A DNA stretch of 17,839 nt from Myxococcota bacterium (GTDB lineage: Bacteria > Myxococcota > UBA4151). Where the stretch lies: positions 1-17,839 of the forward strand of contig JBDQPD010000068.1 in assembly GCA_040260805.1 (NCBI GenBank). Reading direction: 5' to 3'. This document shows positions 8,119 through 16,157 of the stretch, in pieces (position 1 is the first letter of the stretch; each line of letters begins with the position of its first letter). The notes below the pieces were generated by a model. It was given only the letters and a program-made list of their open reading frames with translations. It ran no database searches and had not been told where the DNA came from. Made by a program: the position numbers and the translations under genes.

Positions 8119-9008
8119 GGCTCTGGGATCACCTGGTCTGTGGTCAGGCGCATGTGGCTCCAGGCTACCCGCCCCATCGCATCGCGCATCACCGCCCAGT
8201 AGCTGTAATCGCTGGTGCGCTCCGCATCGACAAGAGCCGTATTGGCGCCCTCCTCCGAAGCGGTCACCCGCATCACTACGCCGCGCGGCGAGGTCGAGAA
8301 CCAGGACCACCTCGGCTCGTCTCGACTGGGCTGTCCCACAAAGGGCGCCGTCAGCGCCGTTCGAACCAAGCCCTCTTCAAGCTGTGTCTGATCTTCGGTC
8401 CGCACCATCCGCGGTGGGTGCAATACAGCCTTGGTCACCGACGGGGCTTCGCCCATGACTGGCGGCACCAAATGACGAGCTAGCCAGACCGAACGGCTCA
8501 AGCGAAGCGGATCCTCTGCGCAGCTCCAACCTTCAGGCGCTGCCACCTCACCCTCTTCAACGAGGGTCGCCAGCGACGCCGTCAGCGCCACGGTGTCGAC
8601 CTGGTCGGGTGTTGCGCAGTTCACTACCACGATGTTGACCAAACCCACGCCAAAGGCGCCTTGAGGCCAAGTGAACGTCCAGCCGTTCTCACGTGCGCCG
8701 GTGTTCACACCGTCTACCGTATGAACCATCTCCGTAGGCAAGCCAGCATAGGGCATCTCGGGATCAGCCGGACCACAAGCCTGACCACCCGAGACCGACA
8801 CACAGGCGGTCGCAAGGAGGGTCAAAGGGGTCTCATCTTCAGCTTCCCTCAGCGTGAGCATATTGACGCTAAAGTTCTGTCCAGGGGTCGGCTGCACCGG
8901 CTCGTTGGCGACCGCAGCGATCCGCAATCGATCGACCACCGTAAACGGCTTGAGCGCTTCGCCGCAGGCGCAAAGCAGTAAAGAAGACATCACGATAAAG
9001 CGTGCCAT
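8115..9008 (-). CDS. Hypothetical lipoprotein, partner of the upstream TonB-dependent receptor
   Basis: Lipobox LLCAC; DRLRIAAVANEP resembles the 'LRVLAVxAEP' N-terminus of myxobacterial TBDR-associated lipoproteins; C-terminal WAVMRDAMGRVAW; coupled to the receptor by a TAATG overlap. Confidence 0.75.
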   Translation of the reverse strand: MARFIVMSSLLLCACGEALKPFTVVDRLRIAAVANEPVQPTPGQNFSVNMLTLREAEDETPLTLLATACVSVSGGQACGPADPEMPYAGLPTEMVHTVDGVNTGARENGWTFTWPQGAFGVGLVNIVVVNCATPDQVDTVALTASLATLVEEGEVAAPEGWSCAEDPLRLSRSVWLARHLVPPVMGEAPSVTKAVLHPPRMVRTEDQTQLEEGLVRTALTAPFVGQPSRDEPRWSWFSTSPRGVVMRVTASEEGANTALVDAERTSDYSYWAVMRDAMGRVAWSHMRLTTDQVIPEP

Positions 9009-11764
9009 TAGAACACCCCCTTGATGCCAAAGCTTGGGATCAGCGGCAGACCATACGAGTACTCTTGCTCAGTATAATCAGTGTTGTACGAGATGCCCTC
9101 GATGTTTTGACGGCTCGTTGCGTTTTGCAGGTCGAGATAGAGCTGCAGACGCCAACCGGGACGAAGGATCTTGTAGTCCGCCCGGACATCGAGCTGCCAA
9201 AATGGTGGCGGGCGCTCGGAGAACGGCGCGCCGGGAATCGGGATGTAGGTCCCCGTCCTTGAATCGAACAGGCTACCTAGGTTGGGCGTCTCGGGATTCG
9301 CGCTGGCAAAACGGTAGCGAAAGCCCGTCGAGAACCGAGTGGTCCACTTGTAGGTCGCCACAGCAGTCAGCACGTGCGTTTGGTCAAAGCTGAACAAGCG
9401 CCAGTCTTCACCCTCACGGTCTTTACGTTCCGCGCGAGAGATCGTGTAGGCGATGAACCCGCTGACCGGAAAGTCTGCCTTGCGCTGACGGATCAAGAAT
9501 TCGGCACCGTAGCCGCGCACTTCGCCCACGTTGCCGAGTCCACCTAAGCCCTGGGTTCCCTGCGCTTCGTCTTGGCTCTGTGCGTTGCCGACCGCATCGA
9601 TGACCCGCTTACCAAAGAGCGAGGATTCGATCGAGAACCCACCCGGATCAGTAAAGCCGCCGCCGACCTGGACGTGACCGGCATGCTCCCAAAATAGTCC
9701 CGGGTTACCGAAGGGCGAGATGGTCTCATCGGGTCGCGGCGGCTGACTGTACGCCCCGAGCCCAAAACGCAGATCAAAGCGTTTGTCGGTGAGGTAACGC
9801 TTGGTCAAGAACCGCGGCTGCGGATAAAAAGCCCAGTTGGCGCCGTCGGTGTCGACACGCAGCCCAAGCAGACTCTCCCACAAACCTGACTTATAGCGTG
9901 CTTCGCTGTAGGCGCCTGGACGAACGACGACCCCTGGCGAGTCAAAGACCTCGGATTCTGTCCGAGCAAAGCTGCCTCGGCCCCCACCCTCTTGAGGCCG
10001 ACTGCTCGCCTTGCCGTTCACGTTGTAGTAAATTTGTTGATAGTCGACGCCGAGCACCAAATCCATCGAATCACTCAACTTGCGCAGCGCCTCATGCCGC
10101 CAGCTCTTGCGGTAGTTCTCGACCGTCAGCTTGAAGGCCTGAGCCAAGTTCACGTTAAAGGACTCGAGCTGGATGTTGACCGAGCTCTTGTGACGCCAGT
10201 CGCCAATCTTGAACGACGCATAGGGGCGAATGCGGTGAAACATCGTCAAGGTTGAGATGTCACCGCGCACGCTCGGATCAAAATCCGGGGGCTGGTCAAT
10301 CGCAAACTTCACCTTATCCAAGGCGCCCTGATAAACCATCCCGAGGCGACCGCCGCCGCTGATTTTACGGTCCCATTTAAAGAAGTAGTCATAGAAACGC
10401 GGCGCCACCGCAAAGTCGAGCGGCAACACATCCGCCACCAGGGGCAGCACCGCGTCGATCCAGCTGCGCCGAAAGCTCAGCCAGAGCATGTCTTTCTTGC
10501 CCACAGGACCGGCTGCAAACACGCTGCCTGCGTAGACGTCGGTTTGGATACGCCGAGTCCACTCTTCAGCATGCTTGTCACGCGTGGTGACCTCGACCAC
10601 GCCGCCGTGCGAGCGCCCGAAACGAGCGCTAAAGTTGCTCGGGACAAAGTCGAGCAGCTCGACGGTCTCATTCTCGACCACGCCCTGTCCGGTCAGATGG
10701 TAAAGAAGCGAGGTGCGGAAGCCGTCAATCATGAACAGACTGTCGTCAGGCTCGGAGCCTCGAATGATGATCAAGGGTGACAAGCCCGGAGGCCGAGCCA
10801 CGCCGGGCAGCGACTGAACGGCACGCACCACGTCGCCGCCCGTTCCTGGGATGTCTTCAAGCTCTTCACGGGTCAGGCGCACACGAGTCACCTCGCGGCT
10901 CGGACCCCGACCACGAATCGTCGTTGAGAATCGGTTGACCCGAGTGGGCTCGAGATCGACAGGGCGGAAGATGGCTTCGCCTGCTGCCAGGGTCACCTTG
11001 CCCGTCGCCGGCTTATAGCCTGTAAAGCTCGCTGCCCACTCGTAGTCGCCTGCGACCAGTTCGACGCAGCGCGCCTTGCCCTTCGCCTCACTGTTGGTCT
11101 CGCACAGCGTCTGCTCGCCCTGACTGACCGTCACGCTCACGCCGATCAGCTTTAAGCCCGATCCAAGCTCGCGAAACTGGAACGACAGCGAGGCGTCGCC
11201 TTTTGCGACGTCAGGCTCGACAACGACAGCGGGCACATCAGGTTTGGGTTCACTCGCCTTAAGCAAAGGGCCTAGGGCGTCGATCAGCGCTGACATGCCC
11301 TCGTTGAGGCGGACTTCCCAGCCCTTGGTGTCGCACCCCGGGCACTGTAGATCCAGGCTTGCGAGACCGGCGAGGTCCTGCTCATCGAGGACTTGAATCG
11401 ACAAGACATCGGCTGCCGCTCGATCGATGAACAAGGCATAGCGCCTCAGCGACTTGCGCGCCGCACGCCGAAACTCGGCGCGGGTCAGATCGACTGATTC
11501 ATCGAGTTGAGCCCCCGGGAGCTTCTGTAGCCAGCGCGTCAAACGCTCCTGAATCACCGAGCGAATGAGCGGATGCTCACCTGCCTCAGAGACGCCAACG
11601 CTCCAAGTCGGCGTCCACTCCACCACCGGTTCTGCATCGGCTGCCTGGTCAGCAGCCACAGCAGCAGCAGCCCCTGCAGCGGGACCAGCCTCGGCAGAAT
11701 CGGCGGGAACGACGGCGGCCGTCTGCAAAAGCAGGAACAGTGCTGCTGGAATCGGAAGGGACAT
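9008..11764 (-). CDS. TonB-dependent receptor with N-terminal extension, carboxypeptidase-regulatory-like domain, plug and beta-barrel
   Basis: Signal peptide and Ala-rich linker; GVSVTV..GDYEWAASFTGYKP; plug motif EELEDIPGTGGDVVRAVQSLPGVA..IIRGSEPDDS..IDG..LYH..ARFGRSHGGVV; barrel motifs FDQTHVL, QLDVRAD, YLDLQNAT; C-terminal PSFGIKGVF. Confidence 0.93.
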   Translation of the reverse strand: MSLPIPAALFLLLQTAAVVPADSAEAGPAAGAAAAVAADQAADAEPVVEWTPTWSVGVSEAGEHPLIRSVIQERLTRWLQKLPGAQLDESVDLTRAEFRRAARKSLRRYALFIDRAAADVLSIQVLDEQDLAGLASLDLQCPGCDTKGWEVRLNEGMSALIDALGPLLKASEPKPDVPAVVVEPDVAKGDASLSFQFRELGSGLKLIGVSVTVSQGEQTLCETNSEAKGKARCVELVAGDYEWAASFTGYKPATGKVTLAAGEAIFRPVDLEPTRVNRFSTTIRGRGPSREVTRVRLTREELEDIPGTGGDVVRAVQSLPGVARPPGLSPLIIIRGSEPDDSLFMIDGFRTSLLYHLTGQGVVENETVELLDFVPSNFSARFGRSHGGVVEVTTRDKHAEEWTRRIQTDVYAGSVFAAGPVGKKDMLWLSFRRSWIDAVLPLVADVLPLDFAVAPRFYDYFFKWDRKISGGGRLGMVYQGALDKVKFAIDQPPDFDPSVRGDISTLTMFHRIRPYASFKIGDWRHKSSVNIQLESFNVNLAQAFKLTVENYRKSWRHEALRKLSDSMDLVLGVDYQQIYYNVNGKASSRPQEGGGRGSFARTESEVFDSPGVVVRPGAYSEARYKSGLWESLLGLRVDTDGANWAFYPQPRFLTKRYLTDKRFDLRFGLGAYSQPPRPDETISPFGNPGLFWEHAGHVQVGGGFTDPGGFSIESSLFGKRVIDAVGNAQSQDEAQGTQGLGGLGNVGEVRGYGAEFLIRQRKADFPVSGFIAYTISRAERKDREGEDWRLFSFDQTHVLTAVATYKWTTRFSTGFRYRFASANPETPNLGSLFDSRTGTYIPIPGAPFSERPPPFWQLDVRADYKILRPGWRLQLYLDLQNATSRQNIEGISYNTDYTEQEYSYGLPLIPSFGIKGVF

Positions 11765-11839
11765 GGTGGAATCGAGCTTTCTGTAGCGAGTCGGAATGAG
11801 CCGAGGCCTCAGTACACTGCGGTGTATGACCCAGATAAA

Positions 11840-11927
11840 CGTTCATTTCAAGCAAATTGGATCCTTATTGGGATATTTTTAGCTAAAATTCGTTCATTAT
11901 GACCATATTCGGCCAGAATTCGTTCAT
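11840..11927. repeat. Three CGTTCAT direct repeats (two as AATTCGTTCAT) in the AT-rich divergent TBDR/alkB intergenic region
   Basis: CGTTCAT at 11840-11846, 11891-11897 and 11921-11927; AATTCGTTCAT at 11887-11897 and 11917-11927. Confidence 0.55.
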
Positions 11928-11977
11928 CTTGAGATCTCCTCGCTATTCCCCTTGAAGCTCGAGCGCATATTCTTTAT

Positions 11978-11991
11978 ATAACAATCGTTAT
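11978..11991. promoter_or_regulatory. Putative TetR operator ATAAC-AATC-GTTAT just upstream of the alkB RBS
   Basis: Inverted repeat read directly; it lies immediately before AAGGGAG (11995-12001) and ATG 12007, in front of an operon encoding a TetR regulator. Confidence 0.5.
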
Positions 11992-12006
11992 GAAAAGGGA
12001 GTCCCC

Positions 12007-13050
12007 ATGCATTCGCTCATGTATTACACCGTGATCATCGTTCCCATCTGCACGCTGATTGGCTTTGCTACCGGTGGTGTGATGGCATGGGCAGGCCCCT
12101 TCCTGATCTTTGGTTTGCTGCCCTTCGTTGAATGGCTCTTGCCAGAGCCTCAAACCAATCCAACGGCTGACAAGCCCACCGCAGAGCTGAAGGGCTGGCA
12201 ATACGACCTGCCCATCTACGCCGCGGCGGGGCTTCATTTTCTCACGCTCGGTATCTTCTTTCACACCATCACCAGCTTCGAGGGCTGGACCCTCGCCGGG
12301 TTGCTCGTCTCGACGGGATTGAGCTGCGGCGCTCTTGCGATTAACATTGGGCACGAGCTCGGGCATCGACGGGGCAAGTTTGAGCAGGGCTTCGCAAAGG
12401 TACTGCTCAGCACCTCGCTCTATGCGCATTTCTTTATCGAGCATAACCGGGGTCACCATGTACGAGTAGGTACCCACGACGACCCCGCCACGGCGCGTCG
12501 AAACGAGTGGGTCTTTAGCTTCTGGCTGCGCAGCGCTTTAGGGGGTTGGCTCAACGCTTGGAAACTTGAGGCACAGCGACTCCGTCGCCGTCGCCAAAGC
12601 CCCTGGTCATTCGCCAACGAGATGGTGCGCTGGCAGCTCGGTCAGTTAATCGGCCTGATCCTGATCGGGGTGGTCGGTGATGTGGTCGTGCTGAGCTACT
12701 TTGTCCTCGCCGCACTGGGCGGCGCGCTCTTGCTCGAGACCGTGAACTATCTCGAGCACTACGGCTTGGAGCGGAGCCTGAACGAAGACGGGCGCATCGA
12801 AGCCGTGCGCCCCCTTCACTCGTGGAATTCAAACGCAATCCTTGGTCGCCTGCTGCTCTTTGAGTTGAGCCGACACAGCGACCACCACGCCCACCCGCGT
12901 CGTGCCTACGCCGCCCTCCGCCATTTTGATGAATCACCGCAATTACCGACTGGCTACCCGGGCATGATTTTGATGGCGCTGGTGCCGCCCTTGTTTTGCA
13001 CCCTCATGAATCACCGCCTCAAGTCGATGGAACCCACACTCCATGCCTAA
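12007..13050 (+). CDS. alkB: Alkane 1-monooxygenase (membrane non-heme diiron)
   Basis: All AlkB His boxes are present: HELGH, EHNRGHH, NYLEHYGL, LSRHSDHHA; also DDPATAR, HSWNS and PQLPTGYPGM; several TM helices; strong RBS. Confidence 0.95.
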   Translation: MHSLMYYTVIIVPICTLIGFATGGVMAWAGPFLIFGLLPFVEWLLPEPQTNPTADKPTAELKGWQYDLPIYAAAGLHFLTLGIFFHTITSFEGWTLAGLLVSTGLSCGALAINIGHELGHRRGKFEQGFAKVLLSTSLYAHFFIEHNRGHHVRVGTHDDPATARRNEWVFSFWLRSALGGWLNAWKLEAQRLRRRRQSPWSFANEMVRWQLGQLIGLILIGVVGDVVVLSYFVLAALGGALLLETVNYLEHYGLERSLNEDGRIEAVRPLHSWNSNAILGRLLLFELSRHSDHHAHPRRAYAALRHFDESPQLPTGYPGMILMALVPPLFCTLMNHRLKSMEPTLHA

Positions 13051-13558
13051 AATAGTCGATCATGCGGCCCAGCGCGACTCGCTCGTCGACGGCGCCTTCG
13101 AGTTCTTTGCTGACTCCGGATATGCTGCGCTTTCGATGCGCGGTCTAGCGAGCAGGCTCGGCGTGACCACCGGGGTCTTATACCATTATTTCGACACTAA
13201 AAACGCCATCTTCGAGCAGTCTTTGCTGCGCAGCACAGAGCGTCACATCCGGGCTGCGCTTGAGGCGGTCGATCTGAGCGCGCCCATCCCCGAGCGAGAG
13301 CTTAGCCTGGCGAGCTGGGTGGTCGAGCATCAAGATGACCTCAAGCGCACCTTATTGTTGGCGCTCGACGCGCAACGGCAAGCGCCTGATGCGCAAGCGG
13401 TCATCACCCAGGCGGTCCAGCGCTTTGCAGACAGTCTGGAGGAGCATATCGGTGTGGCGCGCACGGCGTGGCCCAAGCTTCTGGGCGCGTTGGTCGCCAC
13501 TCAGCTCAGCGGCGAGCCGCTCACCCGGTCCGATCTGAGCGCGCTGCTGGCGGGCTAG
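13043..13558 (+). CDS. TetR/AcrR family transcriptional regulator
   Basis: MPKIVDH..R; helix-turn-helix GYAALSMRGLASRLGVTTGVLYHYFDTK; 8-bp overlap with alkB (ATGCCTAA). Confidence 0.93.
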   Translation: MPKIVDHAAQRDSLVDGAFEFFADSGYAALSMRGLASRLGVTTGVLYHYFDTKNAIFEQSLLRSTERHIRAALEAVDLSAPIPERELSLASWVVEHQDDLKRTLLLALDAQRQAPDAQAVITQAVQRFADSLEEHIGVARTAWPKLLGALVATQLSGEPLTRSDLSALLAG

Positions 13559-14998
13559 TCAGTCCGCAAAAAGATCGTACTCAGGCCAGTCGTTGACCGA
13601 TTCGACCGCACTCCATAACGCGGCGTCCAGCGCGTTGAGGAAGTCATTCCCGTCGGCGGTTCGACCGTTGGTCAGGACCGCCCAAGTGAAGCCATGATGG
13701 CTGCGCAGAAACAAGGTCGAGGTGCCCGGTAGCGAGCCCATGTGCCACCAGTTGGCGCTGTTGCGAGTTGGGCGCACGGACCAGCCCATGGCGTAATACC
13801 AAGCCCGGCCGTTCCATCGCTCCATCGCCGGACGCTTGACCATCTCAGCGGTGGTCTGTGCGTCGAGCAGGTCGACCCGGCCCATTCGACCGTCAACGGC
13901 GGTCAGGAAGCGGACTAGATCCTCCGAATGCGCGATCCAGCCACCGTGCGCATCCATCGCCTCATGATGCCAGCCGCCGTAGGGTCTCTTCACTCGGTCG
14001 CTGTGCTGGGGAAACACCGAGACGCCATCACGCGCCCCCTCATAGAGATGATAGGTGACCTCATCCTCGGGCTGGTCTTCAGCCAACGAGCGTCCAAGCT
14101 CCATCTCATGAACGCCCATCGGAGCGAGCACTTCGTTGCGAACGAAGGCTTCATAGGATTGCCCCGAGACCTTCTCGATCACCCGCCCCAGAATCAGATA
14201 ACCAAAATTCGAGTAGGCGTAAGCCGTGCCCGGGTCGAAATCGAGCGGCTGACCGAGCATATAGGTCAAGGTATCCGCTGCGCTTGCCGGGCCATCGATC
14301 CCCAAAGCGCTCGAGATGACTCGGCTGCGAAACATCGGGTCGCCCGAGGCGTTGCGATCCCATCCGCCGGCGTGATGCAAGAGGTGCTCGATGGTGATCT
14401 GCGCTAGCCGCGCATCACGATCCTGCCCTGCCGGCGGCTGAGCGTCGTCTAGGAGCTCAAACGCTCGATCACTCAAGGCGAGCCTTCCCTCTTCGACCAT
14501 TTTAAGAATCGCCACGGCGGTGATCGATTTCGAGAGGCTCGCAATCCGCATCCGGTCTCTGCGCTTCATCGCTCGATTATCGCTGCGATCCGCCAAGCCA
14601 TAGGCGCGCTTGAGCACCAGCCGCTCGTCCTTGGTCACCGCGACCGTGGCGCCGGCGATATCGTAGCGTTCAAGAACAGCGGTCAGGATTTGATCAAAGG
14701 CGTAAAAGGGCGCCGCTGGCGTGCAGTCGTTCGCGCAGTCATCGAGCTCGCTGGTGTTGCCATCATCGCATCGCTCACCCGGCTCAAGCTCGCCATTCCC
14801 GCACTCAGCGAAGTCCCCTGCGTCCAGCAGTGGCGGGGCATCCGGCGCTCCGCCGGCGTCCAAAGGGACATCGCCGACATCGACAACCGCTGCGTCTGCT
14901 GGCGCTGCGCCCAGCCCAGCGTCGCGAACCGGTGACGTGTCAGCCAGGCACGCTGAGGTCAGGGCGACAGCCAACACACCCCAACGCACGCTGATCAT
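13559..14998 (-). CDS. Lipoprotein serine hydrolase (class C beta-lactamase / D-Ala peptidase family) with a myxobacterial Cys-rich repeat
   Basis: Lipobox LTSAC; acidic Pro/Ala linker; CGNGELEPGERCDDGNTSELDDCANDC; SxxK (SLSK), LLHHAGG, YxN (YSNFGY), HMGSLPGT. ATGA overlap with the upstream gene. Confidence 0.9.
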   Translation of the reverse strand: MISVRWGVLAVALTSACLADTSPVRDAGLGAAPADAAVVDVGDVPLDAGGAPDAPPLLDAGDFAECGNGELEPGERCDDGNTSELDDCANDCTPAAPFYAFDQILTAVLERYDIAGATVAVTKDERLVLKRAYGLADRSDNRAMKRRDRMRIASLSKSITAVAILKMVEEGRLALSDRAFELLDDAQPPAGQDRDARLAQITIEHLLHHAGGWDRNASGDPMFRSRVISSALGIDGPASAADTLTYMLGQPLDFDPGTAYAYSNFGYLILGRVIEKVSGQSYEAFVRNEVLAPMGVHEMELGRSLAEDQPEDEVTYHLYEGARDGVSVFPQHSDRVKRPYGGWHHEAMDAHGGWIAHSEDLVRFLTAVDGRMGRVDLLDAQTTAEMVKRPAMERWNGRAWYYAMGWSVRPTRNSANWWHMGSLPGTSTLFLRSHHGFTWAVLTNGRTADGNDFLNALDAALWSAVESVNDWPEYDLFAD

Positions 14999-15546
14999 CT
15001 CAGCGTCGACATCGCCAAGAGCACGACGAAGAAGCAGACGAAGTGACCAACGAGCAACAGCATAGCGATGGTCGCCCCTCGATGCCCATTGGCCGGCGCC
15101 GTCTCAACCGAACCGCCAGCCCGAAGGTGCAACCGGTTCGCCATCAAGCCGACAACGAGCTCGCCGAGGACGACCGCATAAAGGGTGGTCAAAAGCGCAA
15201 CCGCCATCGCCGGACCGATACGGCTCGGATCCTCCATGTTGCGGAGCATCTGCGCCATGCCGATCACGTAGCCGGCTGCGCCGGCTGCGCAGAGCGTGTT
15301 GCGCAGGGTCACCAGGATGGCAGCGTCTCGAGCCGAGACCTCGTCTTCAACGACAACTCGGCTGGCGCCCGCAACGAGCGCGCTCAGCACCCGCAAGCCC
15401 CCATGCGACGCCGAGGCGAGTAAAAATCCGGTCGTCACGACAATCAGGATCGAGGGTAGGTCAAAAAACGCCTGCAAGGATCCATGCATGGTGATCCCCA
15501 AGACCATGCAGCCCGACCCCACTGCGAAGAAAATCCACTGAGTCAT
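14995..15546 (-). CDS. Truncated MotA/PomA-like (MotA/TolQ/ExbB family) membrane protein with an extra C-terminal TM helix
   Basis: ATG 15546 after GGAGG; AFFDLPSILIV (MotA TM1-TM2 motif); GYVIGMAQMLRNMEDPSRIGPAMAVALLTTLYA (PomA/MotP TM3-TM4 motif); 183 aa. Confidence 0.8.
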   Translation of the reverse strand: MTQWIFFAVGSGCMVLGITMHGSLQAFFDLPSILIVVTTGFLLASASHGGLRVLSALVAGASRVVVEDEVSARDAAILVTLRNTLCAAGAAGYVIGMAQMLRNMEDPSRIGPAMAVALLTTLYAVVLGELVVGLMANRLHLRAGGSVETAPANGHRGATIAMLLLVGHFVCFFVVLLAMSTLR

Positions 15547-15568
15547 GGTGTCGCCTCCGGGCTGTCGA

Positions 15569-16057
15569 TCAAGCGTCCGGCGCCGAGGCACCGTCCGAAT
15601 CAGCAGAAGACTTGAGGACAGCCGGCTCATGAGCCGCCATGCGGAGTCGACTCGCCATCGGCGCGATCACCAACTCGGCAAGAACCACCGCATACAGAAT
15701 CGTCAAGCAGGCGACCGCCATGGCGGGACCGATCGCAGATGGGTCGGACATATTTTGCAGCATGTTGACCAAGCCGATCAGGAAGCCTGCTCCTCCGCAG
15801 GCGCACAAGCTGCTCCGCAACGTCTGGAGGATCAGCCCCTTCTCGTTGGTGTCGCCGAGCTCGCCGCCCGGCGCGCTAAACCCGGCCTTGAGCGCGCCCA
15901 GTACGTCAGAGACTCCATGGATCCAGAACGTAAACGCAAAGCCTGTGGTCACGATCATCAGCGCCGACGCCAGATCTAGGAACGCCGATACGCGACCACC
16001 CAATGCCATCCCGGCAACCAGGCAGCCTAAACCACCAACTGTATACATCCACCGCAT
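15569..16057 (-). CDS. Truncated MotA/PomA-like (MotA/TolQ/ExbB family) membrane protein
   Basis: ATG 16057 after AAGGGGG; AFLDLASALMIV; GFLIGLVNMLQNMSDPSAIGPAMAVACLTILYAVVLAELVIAPMASRL; 162 aa; paralog of the downstream gene. Confidence 0.82.
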   Translation of the reverse strand: MRWMYTVGGLGCLVAGMALGGRVSAFLDLASALMIVTTGFAFTFWIHGVSDVLGALKAGFSAPGGELGDTNEKGLILQTLRSSLCACGGAGFLIGLVNMLQNMSDPSAIGPAMAVACLTILYAVVLAELVIAPMASRLRMAAHEPAVLKSSADSDGASAPDA

Positions 16058-16157
16058 CCCAAGCCCCCTTTGAGTGATCCGCCGAATCACCAAAGTACAC
16101 GCTGAGACGCTCAAGTAAAAGTGGCTGACCCCGCCAAGAGTGAAGAACCCCCGAGGA

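Noticed and set aside
11640..11720. GCA/GCT-rich tandem repeat
   Set aside because: It simply encodes the Ala-rich linker after the TBDR signal peptide.
11840..11927. CRISPR array or SOS box from the GTTCA repeats
   Set aside because: Repeats are only 7-11 bp with unequal spacing and no cas genes; they lack the paired arrangement of the LexA boxes I know.
13559..14998. Bona fide ampC antibiotic-resistance gene
   Set aside because: The third motif is HMG rather than KTG and the family includes many esterases and peptidases; activity is unknown.
14995..16057. Flagellar stator motAB, Zorya zorAB, or exbBD/tolQR
   Set aside because: No B-subunit gene, no FliG-contacting loop, no long ZorA tail, and no flagellar or Zorya neighbours, so no gene symbol was assigned.
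3668..16073. Long antisense or alternate-frame ORFs (e.g. 3668..4255 +, 7642..8310 -, 11974..12477 -, 15639..16073 +)
   Set aside because: Shadow ORFs expected in GC-rich DNA; they overlap well-supported genes and have no domain motifs.
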